Source: Chrysomallon squamiferum (lineage: Eukaryota > Animalia > Mollusca). From it: a stretch of DNA of 64,000 bases. The notes below the pieces were generated by a model. It was not told where the DNA came from. It saw nothing but the letters and a program-made list of their open reading frames with translations, and did not search any database. The first letter of the stretch is position 1. Each line of letters opens with the position of its first letter. Below are positions 1 to 42,944 of this stretch, one piece after another. The stretch is taken from contig CM022679.1 of NCBI GenBank assembly GCA_012295275.1, positions 27,528,001-27,592,000 on the forward strand. Direction: 5' to 3'. The position numbers and the translations under genes are program-made.

Positions 1-252
1 AATAATAATAATAATAGTAATAATAGTAATAGAAATAATAATAATAATAGTAATAATAGTAATAGTAATAGTAATAATTCTGATGGTAATAATAATAATA
101 ATAACAATATTAATAATAATAATAATAGTAATAGTGGTAATAATAATAATAAAAGTAATAATTATAATAATAGGATTAATAGTAATAATAATAATAATAA
201 CAGTAATAATAGTAATAATAGTAAGAGTTATATTAATATTAATAATAATAAT

Positions 253-283
<31 letters not shown>

Positions 284-526
284 GTAATAATAATAATAGT
301 AATAGTAGAAATAATAATAATAAAAGTAATAATAATAATAATAATAGTAATAATAGTAATAGTAATACTAATGATGGTAATAATAATAATAAAAGTAGTA
401 ATAATAATAATAAAAGTAATACTACTACTACTACTACTACTAATAATAATAATAGTAATAATAATAATAATAACAATAACAATAATAATACAATAATAAC
501 AATAACAATAATAATAATAATAAAAG

Positions 527-563
<37 letters not shown>
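1..563. repeat. (AAT/AGT)n and (TAC)n trinucleotide microsatellite
   Basis: Directly visible; source of the spurious poly-Ile and poly-Leu ORFs. Confidence 0.95.
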
Positions 564-564
<1 letters not shown>

Positions 565-579
565 GCTGTATGTAACTAC

Positions 580-822
580 CTGGTACACATGTACGGGAGT
601 AGTAGACGCCTTCACCAGACACCACATCCTGTGGCGACGAGTACAGGAAGCAGAAACCTTGCTGCATTTCCATGGCAACGCAAGGCAAACTGTCCTTTAT
701 AAGTTTAGTGTCACATGCTTCTTTGCAAGCGTCTAGAGTCTTTGCTCCTTGTACTAACGTAGACTCTGAACGACTCCCAGTCTTTTTGTCAAACGGTGTG
801 TACGTACACGCCCCTTCCACCC
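580..822 (-). CDS. Internal coding exon encoding a PAN/Apple-like domain (partial gene; the rest is not resolved)
   Basis: 243-nt phase 1/1 exon bounded by ttgcttcag| at 823-824 and |gtagtt at 579-578. It translates to (G)VEGACTYTPFDKKTGSRSESTLVQGAKTLDACKEACDTKLIKDSLPCVAMEMQQGFCFLYSSPQDVVSGEGVYYSRTCVP(G). The six Cys, the CxxxC, the C-hydrophobic-L-Y and the terminal YxxxC match the PAN-module pattern. Confidence 0.7.
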
Positions 823-1677
823 CTGAAGCAATAAGTGTATAACTGAATAAAACAGAATTAACAGAGGGATAGACACATACATAGATAGACAGATACATAG
901 ATGGATATATAGATGGATGGATGGATAGATAGACAGATAAATTAAATTAAATGAAGTAATGTAAAAAAGAAAGAAAGAAAGAACTAAGAATAAAAATAAA
1001 AATATCATTTACACATGTATTTTAAATCTCAATAAATAAATAAATAAATACGTGACACACTGCAAATAGACGTACTTACAAACAGACAAAAAGATCGATG
1101 CAGGTAGGTAAGTTTTAAAAATAAATAGATTAACTCAAAAAAAAAAAAAAAACAACAACAACAAAAAAACAACAACATAAACAACAAAAACAAAAAACAA
1201 ATCCATCCCCATCCAAAAAATACTCCAAAACAAACAACGATACAAAAAAAAGAAGAAGAAAAACAAACATTTTCATTCAGTTAGCCTTGTTGAAGTACAA
1301 TAGTGTACATAAGTAACTAGTCAAGATTTCAGCTGATCAGGAAACAAAAGAATACCTGTGATAACACTTTTATCTGGTTAATCATTTATTTAGACGAATT
1401 TCATTTTAAAAAGTGAGATGATACTGTTTATTTTCCATTGTTTAATGTTTATTAATGTTAACTGTCAATAGTTTGATCCTCTTGTTCCATTTGTCTTTAT
1501 ACGAAATTCCGAAAACTACTAAACTCGAATTCCAGATATAATCCACCTCGAATATTCGAAGTCTTATAGGTCTCTAATACACACCTACATACCTATCTAC
1601 ATCTCTTCATACATCCGTCCGTCCATCCATCCATCTATGCATCGATTCATTCATACAGGCATACATGCAATTATAGA

Positions 1678-1976
1678 TATATACATATACATATACACAC
1701 ACATACACGCGTATACATACATATAGTTATTCGTATACATACATATAGTTATTTGCATATATACCTACACACACACACACATACGTGCTCGTTTCATAGA
1801 TCTGCACATACATACATACATACACATACATACATATATGCATATATATATATATACATAGATACACACACATACATACATACACACATACATACATATA
1901 CATACATATACACATACACATACATATACATACATACACACATACACATACATACATATACACATACATACATACA

Positions 1977-2008
<32 letters not shown>

Positions 2009-2297
2009 CACACATACATACATACATACATACATACATACATACACATACATACATACACACACATACATACATACATATATACATATATGCATATATA
2101 CCTATATACATACATACATACATACACACATACATACATACACATACACATACATACATATATATACATACACACATACATACACACATACACACATATA
2201 TACATACATACATACATACATATATACATAGATACATACATGCACATATACATACATACATACACACATACATAGACACATACACACAACACATATA
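1678..2297. repeat. (TACA/CA/TA)n low-complexity microsatellite
   Basis: Directly visible; source of the spurious MYVC and HTYI ORFs. Confidence 0.95.
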
Positions 2298-2475
2298 CAA
2301 AAATAACTTCACTTGATTTGGTGCAGTAAGATGACAATCATTATGACAAAAATAAGTTACTTGTTTGGTGCAGTAAGATGACAATCATTATGACTGTAAT
2401 TAAGTAGATTCTGTCTCCTTTTCTCTTCATTCTTTCTTATTTGTCAGTCTGATAATTTGTTCTCACTTTCTGTAA

Positions 2476-2514
<39 letters not shown>

Positions 2515-4342
2515 ATACTTACATAAATCATAAACATAAATAAAAATAAAATAATACTTACATAAACAAAGACAGAAAAAAGGAAGAAGCAAACAAACCA
2601 AAACAAGCAAACGAACAAACAAAACAAATATATATATATATATATAAAACAAACAGATAAATAAACAACACCAACAACCAAATATAACTTAAATACAGAA
2701 ACGAACAAACAAAATAATACTTAAATAATTAAACAGACAAACAAACAAAATGCTACTTAAATAATTAAACAGACACATAAATAAATAAATACTTAAATAA
2801 ATAAACAAAAGAAATAAAAACAAAATAATACATATATAAAACAAACAAACAAACAAATAAATGTTAAGAAACTCAGTGAATTTTAATTTTATATATTATA
2901 TAACTAGCAAACATGTACATAATTTTATACCTTCACATATATATATGCTCACACACACACATACAGACCTGTATTGAAACTTATGTGACACAAACTTTCT
3001 TACGTCGCTGTCTGTCTACATGTGTAATAATATTTTATATACAAATACAACGCACGTACATTGAAACATACCTATCAACGTATGTGGATACCAATTCAGA
3101 TATTTGTTAAAAAAATCTACATACCAAACTAAAGACACACTGACTCGATTATATTCAAACATTAACAAATCCATCAGTCCGTACACAGAGACACATATGT
3201 ATGTGTGTGTATATACATACAGACACACACGCAGACACACACACACACATATATAATATATATATAACACATATACATACATGCATGCAGTTATTCATAA
3301 TATATACAATACATATATACATAATTAAATATTTACACACAGATACAGACATACATAGATAGACAGAAAAATGCATGCATACATACATATTATTTACATA
3401 ATCATTCAAAGTAATTCAATGTAAGAAATAGATTTTTTTTTAAAGAAAGGAAAAGAAATTAAATGAGAAAAAAACAACAAAAAAACATATTAATCTCGTG
3501 AAAATGTTAACATCTGCTTTTAACACAAAATCAATAACGAGTTTCTCGTATTTAGATTAGATCTTTAATCATATTTAATTCATTTTTATTTTGATTGCTT
3601 TTAATTATAACAAAATTAAAATTTTCTTTATCAAAACAGATGATCTATAGATTCTCTTTTACCCTTCAACTACGTCCTGTCGCGCGCGCGCACGCACACA
3701 CACACAGACACACACACACATAAAATACGCATACATTAAACATAAATTAAAGTCTTCTTTAGATCGATGGTCTGAAAAGTCAGTGGTTTTAAAATGAGAA
3801 TATTTTAGTATTGCAACAGTGTAACTGTAATCATTTCAAAACTGTAGTATACATTATTTCATCTATTGATCTAGTCACAAGTTTTAATGTTAACTAACAA
3901 ATACAAAATATGTTTTAGTTTGTGGTAAGCGCTCTTTCATAATCGTTAGGAGCTGCTTTGAATAAATTCACAAGTTTGAAATTGTAACGTACTGCACCTT
4001 TTCTTAGTCGCAGACAATACAACGTCTGTTTTCATTTTTAAATATCGAAAAAAAAAAAAAAAACATTTTTAAAAATTAATAACTGCGATCTCTGCGTCAG
4101 AGTAATGAATGGGTGTATCCCATCGATTGCCACACCCACACTTATCCCAGGTTCGAGCAAGCAGGTGCAATTTTGTACAGACCTGAAGAAAGGTTTCGCT
4201 GTGTTTCTGACCTCTGCCTCTGATGTTTTGTCTGACTTTTATACACGTGAAAGACTTTGCTCTACGACACATTTGTCAAACGTCATATAATTATTGTTCT
4301 CTCTTATCTCTTTGAAAGTTCATATAAACCGATCCATGGTTT

Positions 4343-4373
<31 letters not shown>

Positions 4374-4422
4374 AAGAGTATATCTTCGTATGGTGAAAGA
4401 AGGTTTGTCTCACACACACACA

Positions 4423-4454
<32 letters not shown>

Positions 4455-5752
4455 ACACTTATATATATATTTATTACGCTATTAGGAAAAATGTCGAGAG
4501 TCTTATTAAAATAAAGCGTTTATGCTCACCTCGCTATTAGTCAGCAGATTAATGTAAAAACGGATGCGCTTTTTGCCCGAGATTTTACCCCCGGGGAATC
4601 AAAGGTTTTTTGAGAAAAAAATATGTCAGTCAAAATAAAAAAAACAAGAATGACAAGAATGTTATTTGGAGCCGTAAAAAAAAAAAAAAAAAAAAAAAAT
4701 TAAAATGTGATTCCAAACGACAAGAAATATATTCACATACAAGAAAATCCTCATATACACATAAACAAAACAAAAAAGTAAATAAATAAACACACAAAAA
4801 ATCCTCTGATTCTTACAAATTTATGAATATACACTGACAAATACAAAATACTATGATATTTCGTTACAGAATGATTTAAAAAAAAAAAAAAAACTGAAAA
4901 ACAATATCGTACCTTCTTTCGATATTCGATGTCTTTAAAGAGAGGAAAAAAAATAATCCAACACAGCCTCGTTTTCAGTTATATCATTCCCAAGTGTCGT
5001 GTGAACTGAAATATGGAATTTTTTTTAATTTTTTTTATTTTAAATTCCGCCTTCGGTCGTTTAACCAGTAACGTAATGTCAGAGTGAAACGAGTCATCTT
5101 ATTTGTCAGTTCTTGTCGCAGTCCCTACGTGAGCGTTTCCTTTGCAGTGTGTAAACAACTCGCCTCAGCCTATCCTGACAGAACGTAGACTAAAGCGGCT
5201 CTTGTATTGTCGTCGTTACTTATTGAGTGTAGGCAATGTAAAACACGCCTAACGTATGTCGGTCACACTTGTTGTTATTGTCTGAATAGAGGAATATTTG
5301 TTCGACGAAACATTCTAACTTTCACGGTTATTAGACATGCAGCTAAAGTGCAGTCGCATGATGTTTTTTTTTTTTTTTTTTTTTTTTTTCTTTCTTGTTT
5401 TCCTAATATTTTAGTACTTGAATGGTTTCTGTTTTGGCGGGGACACGCTTCCAAATCACTTCGAGTGATGATTTTTATCGTCTGATGCGTTCTCTTTACT
5501 CTGTTGTTGTTTGACCGTCTTTGAGTACGAAGCACGAAACAAGAATAATAAAGTATCTAACAGACGTGGAACTTGTGACTATTGTTTGTGTTAGTCTTGT
5601 TGAGTAAGTTTCCCCCATTTGGAAAATGTTTGGTTTGACGTCATTAAAATATTTTTCTTTCATAGTAAGCGCTCTGTCACAATCGTTTGTGGTTGCCGTG
5701 AATAAATTGACAAGTTTGACATTACTGAGATAGAATACATTTACGTTTTGCT

Positions 5753-5788
<36 letters not shown>

Positions 5789-6794
5789 GTTAATGTTTAT
5801 TGTTCAAACATAAATATACAAATATGGGACATTTTTCGAACATAAAATACCAGCTGCGATATTCAGGCTGTTTTAACTTTCAAAGCCAGCCACATTTTTA
5901 TTTACATTTTCCACACGAGCCAAACACCATGACATATTTACCAAGGTTTAAAGATAAGCAGATTTAACACTTCTAAAAATTTGAACTCGTGAATTCATTT
6001 TTTTTTTTTTTTTGTCTCATTATTAAAATATATCATTTGTAAAGTAACTTAAAGCAGTGATAATGTTTAAATCGCGTTAAAATTAAAGTATAATAAGTTG
6101 AACGTAACAGCTGGAGGCTGCTGTGCAGTGTTTAGTCAAATAAAGAATATGGCGCTCGTTTTGTGAACACCGGTTGTCAGCCACTTAGAGTCGTGTCTTA
6201 CAAACTGAATGTAAGAAATATTTAAAGCGTGTGAACAATTAACTTAGTATAGCGTTTAGAAAAAGAGGTAACCTTTTATAATAGTTTCCTAAATTTTGAC
6301 ATAACTGTTTATGGTCAAAACGAACTGAAGAAATTCGCGACTATCACCTTACTGAGCTGAGTTAAACTTCTCGTACGGTTCAAACTGCGTGTGTTGTTTG
6401 AAGAAAGTGCAAAAATGATATACAGTTTATTTATTTTTTGTCAGGTGGCAAAAACGACTCAAGAAATACAAATTCTCTTAAGTCTACAATCGCGACAGCT
6501 TTGCTTGTCAAACGTAAAGTGGTCGTTAAACAGAAGAAAATAATACGACTAAATCGACGATCTTTTTATGAAGTATTTAGCAGTAAGGACGTTTTTTGGT
6601 TGTTGTTTTTTTTTTAAATGCGTTTTCCCACAAATATACTGTCTTGATAACCGAGTGAATTTGCGGTGATTGAAATCGGAAAAAAGTCTCATATCACAAG
6701 GACTGAATATTTCTTTCGTAAATGAAATGTTTTCATATTGATGCAATGTTCGTTCTGTTTTTTTATACTTAATGTTCGTTCTGTTATTTATCTC

Positions 6795-7138
<344 letters not shown>

Positions 7139-8499
7139 CCCTCCGTCCCTCTCCCCCTCTCTCTCTGTTTACTTAATACCCTTCTTCGTTCGTTCTTTCT
7201 GTATTTTCGACAACTTGAACAAGTCCGGCTCTAGCTAGAATTTGTTTGTATAGGTAGGTAATAGAAAATCTTTGCCAGTTGACTATTGTCATTTTATAAT
7301 CCTCGGTCAGTAGGTTCAATAAAATTATTATAAAGATTATTCTTCATGCTTCATTGACTTGATATATTCCTACGTCAGATAAATTCGAGTGTTGGTTTAC
7401 AATGCTCACAACGTTTTTTACAGGCGCCATTACAATAAAATGCAATGTGGGAACAAGTATGAAAACATTGTGACATTGCTTGCTGATTCGCGAAGCCGTT
7501 TACAGACAGCATAAGGTATAATTATAAAGAGAGAATAATAGATATCGTGCGTGGGTTTATGCATACAAATATATACACACACATACATGCATGTTCATAC
7601 ATATATACAAATATGCATACATATTTAGACAGCTGCATACATAGAAAGATACCTAAATAAATATATAAACAATTAAATAAATTAAAACAATATATAATAT
7701 AAATACACTTACAGTAAATAAAATATAATGCATAATTTCCAGATTTTCATTCCTGCTGGTGAAAACACTTGAATAAGAGAGAAGACATTTTCTTTTTGGG
7801 TCATCTAACAATACACAGAAAGCTGTTACTTACACAATATTGTTCGTGTGTTATTGCTCAAATGACATTGTAAATAAGAGTTCAATTTATACTGCTACTA
7901 CTACTACTACTACTTTACTACTACTACTACTACTACTACTACTAATAATAATAATAATCATAATAGCAATAACAAAAATAATAACAGATAAAAGGGAGAT
8001 ACATAGAAATGGTAGAGAGAAGAGAGTTGCTTCAAATTTCGAGTTGATCTTTCTTTCATTATTTACATGCACTTTTACTTAACTTATTTGCAAACCATCT
8101 GTTATTATAATTTTATTTTATTTTTATATTATTATTATTATTATAATTAGATTTTAATTTTCATTTTAAAAAATACACATACACTTAGCATTCGTAATAT
8201 GAACAAATTACTCGTCAAAATTCATTCTTCATTTTTCCCTGAACTTGTGTGTAAATATGCCTAATTAGACGAAATCGCAAAAGCAAATTGAAGAAATGTA
8301 AAGGAAAACATCTGATGCAATACTTTCAATGACTTTGTGCCGTTTATTAGTCTATGTCAATATTTGGCTGCTTTTAACTCGCGTATCTTAAACAGCTGGA
8401 CACAGACCTGTGTAAATACGAAATTCTGTGCATCATTATTATTTACATAATATGCCAGTCGTTCTGTCTCTCGTTTCATCTGCCCACTTTCTCTTTCTT

Positions 8500-8765
8500 T
8501 TGTATGCATGTATGTATGTATGTGTATGCATGTTTGTATGTGTGTATGTATGTATGTATGTAGTTTAGGGTTTTGAATATTCTCTGTCTTATGTACGTCT
8601 GAATAGACTCTGCACACAGACAATATTCGGGAACGCACTGGCGCAGGAGGACAAAGTCCAATCACGACCTCACAAACCTGTCAGATACCGCTGACCAGAC
8701 TCGAACATTATGGCACCAATTCGCCCGCACTTCGAAGGCGGACAATGTTACCGTTCGGCCATGAA
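8500..8765 (-). mobile_element. tRNA-derived SINE-like element
   Basis: On the minus strand an A-box-like TGGCCGAACGG (about 8762-8752) precedes a B-box-like GTTCGAGTC (about 8706-8698). A GC-richer body follows and ends in an (ACAT)n tail at about 8500-8560. Confidence 0.6.
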
Positions 8766-9474
8766 ACAACCTTGTATGAATGTATGAATGTATGTATGTA
8801 TGTATGTATGTATGTATATTTTTGTGTGGATGTATGTATGTGTGCGTGTGTACGTGTGTGTGTATATTTTTATTATGTGTGTATGTGTGTTACTTTGTAC
8901 GTGTGTATGTATATTTATTGTGTGGGTTAACTCCCACTTAGCGTAAAACTTCAAAAAATCGGTCTCCCATATAGTCTAAATGATGTTGGGATACCTGGGC
9001 CAAATGTTTTCATAGTAATTTTTTTTTTTATATTAAGTGAAGATAGTAAATTTGACTATGGTCGAGTGTATATTTTTTTTATTAAGAGCTATTGTCCGTG
9101 TTGATATTAGTGAATATAGCTCAGCAGATATCAGTGTGTCTGAGTGAATAGAATACGGCATAGAATGGTGTTTCCTCCGTGTTTCCAGGTGTCGAAATGA
9201 ACGGATGATTTTGTTTTCATTACACCCAGTGTATCATCCGATACTCACAAGAATCATGCAAACTAGCCATCCCTTTTAGGGACAACGCTGATGTCCAGAT
9301 GTATTGATACAGACTACAACACGAATGCAACAGACTGACCAAAGATAATCCCATACCACCCAACTCCCATCAAAACCCAATGTTGTTGAATAAATAAAGA
9401 AAGATAAAGAAATAAACAAATAAGATTAAACAAACAAACAAAATAAAAGTAATATAAATGAATAAATAAACAAA

Positions 9475-9505
<31 letters not shown>

Positions 9506-9619
9506 AACATATTTAAAGAAAGATAGAAAGTATAAACCGTTTTAAACAATCATTTTATTTCTGTAGCCGATGAATAAATAAACAAACGTTAAATAAATAA
9601 AACATTTAGAACACTGAAC

Positions 9620-10098
9620 GTAAGTAAACCATTTGATGGAGATAACTGATCATTTTATTTTAATACGCAGCATCCATAAAACTGTGAATTTGTAAACATT
9701 TGGAACAAAACGTCAGTGACATATATCTAATGATGGATGAATGTGTGTGAATGTGTTTGTGTTTATATTACACACAGCAATATTACAATACAATCAACAT
9801 TTGAGCTACGTTATCGTAGAACACACTATTTTAAATCTCTAGTCCAAGGAAATAATGATGTCATGTACTAGGTCACTGGCAAGAAACGGAAGGAAATAAA
9901 ACTCAGTTTAATATAATATGATAACAGGCTCTGAAACGTCTGTTAGAAATCGTGGTAATAAAACCCTTTATATAAATATATATAGTGTATTAAAAAATAC
10001 AAATAAAATAACCTACTACTACTACTAATAATAATAAACGACGTGGTATTAACATATATATATATTAAAAAATGTGTTAAAAAATTCAAATAAAATAA

Positions 10099-10129
<31 letters not shown>

Positions 10130-10190
10130 AACGACGTGGTAGACGTGTGTCCAAATCTCCATGGAAACTGGCAGATGACTGAAGATGATT
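9620..10190 (-). other. Probable 3' UTR of gene B (paralogous to about 46200-46730 of gene E)
   Basis: Blocks such as gatggagataactg, agcatccataaaact, gatgtcatgtactag..cactg and aaacgacgtggtagacgtgt are conserved downstream of both stop codons. Confidence 0.6.
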
Positions 10191-27606
<17,416 letters not shown>

Positions 27607-27790
27607 CCTGGTCTCGTTCAAACAACAAGTGTTGTACAACTAGGAAGTTTAACTCGATATTTTATTATTCCCATTTCCGTTTGTCACACTGACCTCTCAT
27701 TCGGGAACATAACTATCACAGGATTAGTCATCGCAACTGATTTCCCGTTCCAACCACGGCTATTATTTCAAGTCTTTGTTAAGTACTTAT
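27607..27790 (-). promoter_or_regulatory. Conserved 5' leader / proximal promoter block shared by the paralogs
   Basis: cctggtctcgttcaaacaacaagtgttgtacaactaggaagtttaactcgatat is identical upstream of B (from 27607), C (from 40138) and E (from 63808). A diverged inverted version precedes D (about 41317-41404). Confidence 0.6.
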
Positions 27791-29030
27791 GAGATCATTT
27801 TTCAATCTGTTTTTTTTTTTTTTATTCAGTTTTCTTCCAGGAACGTTACCAAAAAAAAACGTGAAAAAAAAAATACTGAAATCTTAAAATCAGTGACAAC
27901 AACATAAAACATTAATCATTTTATGAATTCTCACATTGTTTTTGGTCATAGTAGGATACGAGAGGGAACTTGAAGATCTACACTATTTCTAATCTTACAA
28001 AGTGCTAATGGTCAGTTATACACAGTGTGTTCCTTCCAATGAACCGCAAACATGAAATACTGTGTATGATACATCAGTCGTAACACATGCTCTAGAACGG
28101 GAAAAAACTATTGTTTCCCAACAGAGAACTGAACCTGTCACGTGAGATTCTTTTATAAAATCAATTACAGGTTGCAGAATGATACAACAGAAATATAAAT
28201 ATTTTAATTTTTAAATATTTTGTTTTTGTTTTAAAGGTATCATTTTGCAGAAACTGTGATACACTTGAAATATGAAAATTTTTGAAATGTTTTCTTTGAT
28301 ATCATCTTTAATTTGGTAAAATAATGAACTGCAGTGTTTGTGATGATGATAATGATGATAAAAATATTAAATAAATAAATAAATCGTTCCAATATTATTT
28401 CACAAAATTATTTTAAAACAAACTCTTTGAATACAACATACAAATTTTATTGCATAGAGTGATAAGCATTCAGTTTTAAAAACTAAATATTTGTCAAGGA
28501 ATAAACAAGAAGCAAACTGTATTTAAGGTAACAAAGATAATTTAAAATTAAAAAGTAAAGAGTATTTGTGTTATTTGTATTTACAAATAAAGATAAACAT
28601 TAAAATGTAATAAAAAAGTGTTAAGCTTTCAAATGCATTTTTTGTTTCTCATTTAAGCATTTCAAGTCTTGTGTAACTTCTAACTGTGCCTGCTTTAATC
28701 AACTTCCATTACCAGTTTTATATAAAACCCGGCTATGAATGAATGAGCTGATAAAAATACAAAATGAATAAACAGAAGAAAAAAACAAACAAACAAACAA
28801 AAAAACAAAACAAAAACAAAAAACAAGAAAAAAGTAATCTGGAACAAAAAAAAAAAACAACAACAAAAAACAAACAAAGAGGATTAATAACAATACAAAA
28901 TCCAAGATAAGATCAACAAGAACAAAAAGCAACACATTTCAGTAATACAATCAGAATACAAATATTTTTTGTTTTCTAAGCATGATTTACTGCGAATTTA
29001 TTTTTATAAAAATGAAGCAAACGCTCGTAC

Positions 29031-29081
<51 letters not shown>

Positions 29082-29235
29082 GTTTTATATAAAACCCGGC
29101 TATGAATGAATTTAAATTCACAAAACAAACAAAACAAGCAAAAACAACAAAAAAAGTTTAAAGTACATCCTTCTACTACTACTACAGTAATACAACCTAT
29201 TATTATTATTATTTTTTTTTTTATTATTATTATTA

Positions 29236-29268
<33 letters not shown>

Positions 29269-29327
29269 GTAGTTTTATTGTATTCTTAATATGTTTTTTT
29301 TTTTTATTATTACCATTAGTATTATCA

Positions 29328-29364
<37 letters not shown>

Positions 29365-29391
29365 CACATCCACACATCACACACACACACA

Positions 29392-29424
<33 letters not shown>

Positions 29425-29804
29425 AGATCAGATCTATATCTAATATCTATCTATAGATATAGGTATACAGATAAATAACAGAAAAGAAGATAATGACACA
29501 TTTAAGAAAATCAAAATATTTTACGGTAATTTGGAGTGATTGTTTTAACTCTGTAAAGATTCATTCTTATGTTACAAAAGTATTGTCTTCTGTAGTCCGA
29601 AATATAATTATATGACATTACATGTTTTTGATCTTATAAGCATATTTTAGTATGAGGCTGAATTTAATTTTTATTTATTTAATTATTGTTGGGTTTATTT
29701 ATTTATTTATTTATTTATTTATTTGTTTGTTTGAATTTTGTTTTTGTTTATTTATTTTATTTTATTTTATTTGTGATTGATCGAGGATTTTAATAATTCT
29801 CTTG

Positions 29805-40137
<10,333 letters not shown>

Positions 40138-40719
40138 CCTGGTCTCGTTCAAACAACAAGTGTTGTACAACTAGGAAGTTTAACTCGATATTTTATTATT
40201 CTCATTTCTGCTTGTTACACAGACGTCTCTTTCGGGAACATAAGTTGTATAGGACTAGTCATGGCGTCTTACTTCCCGTTCCAACCACAACTTTCAAGTG
40301 TTTGGTAAGTACTTTTCTGCGCACTGTTTAATTTGGTTGTTTCAGGTTTCTCCCATGATAATCAAAAAATAAAAATAATAATAATAATAATAAAATAAAA
40401 CATTTGAATCCAAAAAGAAGAGAAACCAGAAAAAAGAAACAAAAAGAAAGAGCAACAAACAAACAAACAAACAACAAATGCAGAAGGTTAAATAAGTAAG
40501 ATGTAATACAAAACATTAATTCAGTAATGAATTTTGTTTTAATAATAATATAATAGAGGAAAACTATACTTAAAGTAATAAACAACATCATTTTGAGTAT
40601 GTGTGTTAATTGTACTTAGAAATAAACATTAAAAGATTAACTATTAAAATGAAATTCTTTTCTGAACTGTTAAATGCAGCTCTTTTCATACGGATAAAAA
40701 CGTTGGAAGGAGTGGAGGC

Positions 40720-41070
40720 TTCTAGATACAAGGAATAGTGAGGCGTTCAGATACCAGAAATAGTAAGAGATTTAGATATACGAAAAAGTGGACGTGTTTA
40801 GATATAGGCAATAGCGTGGTATTTAAATATAGGAAATAATCAGGCATTTAGATAAGAAATAGTGAGATATTTAGATATAAGAAATAGAGGGGCATTTAGA
40901 TATAAGAATTAGTGAGACATTTACATTCAAAAAATAGTAAGACATTAAGGCATAAAAAGACATAGGCATATTTATATGTAAGAAATAGTGAGTCATTTAG
41001 ATGTAAATGATAGTGAGGCAAATAGATATAAGAAATAGTGAGGCGTTTAGATATAAAATGTAGTGGAGGC
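40720..41070. repeat. Degenerate ~25-bp tandem repeat (tttagatataagaaatagtgaggca) in the C/D divergent intergenic region
   Basis: Recurring tttagatata/aaatagtgag motifs with 25-bp periodicity, e.g. at 40870, 40895 and 40920. Confidence 0.85.
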
Positions 41071-41404
41071 ACTGGCGAATTGTAGCATTATGTTTTGACG
41101 TGATAAGTAGATGCAGTAATGAAATTAAAAATGTTCAGATTTTATGTCAATACAAAATAAAGTCTATCAAGCAAATGTTTTGCAATTCTCTTTTTATATA
41201 TGTACTGCAGTGTCAGTGAACTAGTTGTATGAGTGTCACAGACGGAGATTGATCCTGCTAACTGTCGCTACAAAAATGAACTTAACCACGAATCCAGAAA
41301 TAGAACAGGAAAGTCAAATATCGAGTTGAACCTCATAGTTCTGCAACACTTGTTATTGTTTTGTTGGGTGTTTTTTGTTTTGTTTGTGTTTTAACGTGAC
41401 CAGG

Positions 41405-42001
41405 ATGAGTTCTTCATTTTTCTTTTCTGTTTTAATTTTATTAGTTCAACAAACATTCGCAGAGTTTGGTAAGTCACAGATTTAATTTATTTATATACGC
41501 ATCTTCTTTTCATTAAATGTTTTATCTCTGTTAAAATAATGACAGTTTATTAGAAAGACACAGACACACACACACACTACCTGTACAGACCTATATATTT
41601 ATATGTTTATATGTTTCTTTACATATGATATATGTTTCTTTACATACCTGTGAATCTATCTGTCTATCTTTACATTCAAACAAACGTGCGCACACACAGA
41701 AAGTCACTCAGAGATAAATAATATAAACACATATAAAGTGGTTTTGATGTTTTGTAATTTGCTATTTTAGGCTATAAACCTAAATAAAATCAGACCAAAT
41801 AAAACTTGTTTCCGTTTGATCCTTTATTAGTTCTGAAGTTGTTTTTGAATAAAATATGATGGATAATTTACGATAATATAACTAAATATATTTATATAAA
41901 AAAAACTGTTTGTTGTACTCAATTAATCGTTTTCACTTTATTTGAAAAGGTGCAAAATGAAATGATATTGTCCTTTGCTTTCTATTGGTTTTATTACTTA
42001 C

Positions 42002-42052
<51 letters not shown>

Positions 42053-42178
42053 TGAAGTTACTATGTTAATGTTAACAATGGCAATAGAACAATGTTGAGT
42101 AGACAAGTGACAGCTTGCTTTGTATTGTTGGATGATAGAAAAAGGAAATCTGTTCTCTCGTATTCTATTGTTTTCACC

Positions 42179-42213
<35 letters not shown>

Positions 42214-42527
42214 TTACACATGCATCTATTTTGACCAAGCTCATTTTCACATATATATATATAGTACATGTATAATTTATAGTTAATGTAGCTCTAAGGA
42301 AGCCAGCGTATCAGAGTTCTTACGAGAGGCGTGATCACGATGCGTCTGTCGCTGTTGATGGAGTAACTCGTGGTTCGAGAAGACAAAGAATTCTTACGTC
42401 TGAGAATAAACCTTACACGTGGTGGAAAGTAGATTTACAACAATCATTTATCATTTTTGACTTTAAAGTCTACTTCAACTCCAACTGTAAGAACAAATAT
42501 TTAGCTTTATTTTATTTTACTTTTTAC

Positions 42528-42581
<54 letters not shown>

Positions 42582-42884
42582 TGATGATGATGATGATGAT
42601 GATGAAGACGATGATGATACTATTCATTACATTTTAGTTGAATAAATTTCAATTAAGAAAGAAATAACAGAGATTAATTATTATTATCATTTTTGTGATA
42701 TTATTATTTCAGATGTTGATGAATGCAAAAGCAGTAACTGTGTTGGAAATGATGACTGTGAAAAGTCAGATGAATACAGTGGAAACGGTTTTACCATTGA
42801 TGGTAAATCATTTTTGTATCATGAATTTTCCCCTTCTTATTCATTATTATTATTTTTATTATTATTATTATTACAATTATACCA

Positions 42885-42944
<60 letters not shown>

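Noticed and set aside
83-2384. Long ORFs rich in Ile/Leu or MYVC/HTYI, and many similar SLSL, YYYY and CVCV ORFs throughout the window
   Set aside because: They are translations of microsatellites that lack stop codons, with no splice or codon evidence.
2297-2394. Two-copy ~49-bp tandem duplication; also ~60-bp dispersed similarity at about 3925 and 5665, and ~30-bp similarity at about 28714 and 29081
   Set aside because: Small local duplications with no coding, structural or terminal-repeat features to support a function.
8690-8765. tRNA gene
   Set aside because: A- and B-box-like motifs are present, but no convincing cloverleaf or acceptor stem was found, and it continues into a body with a simple-repeat tail. 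It fits a SINE head better.
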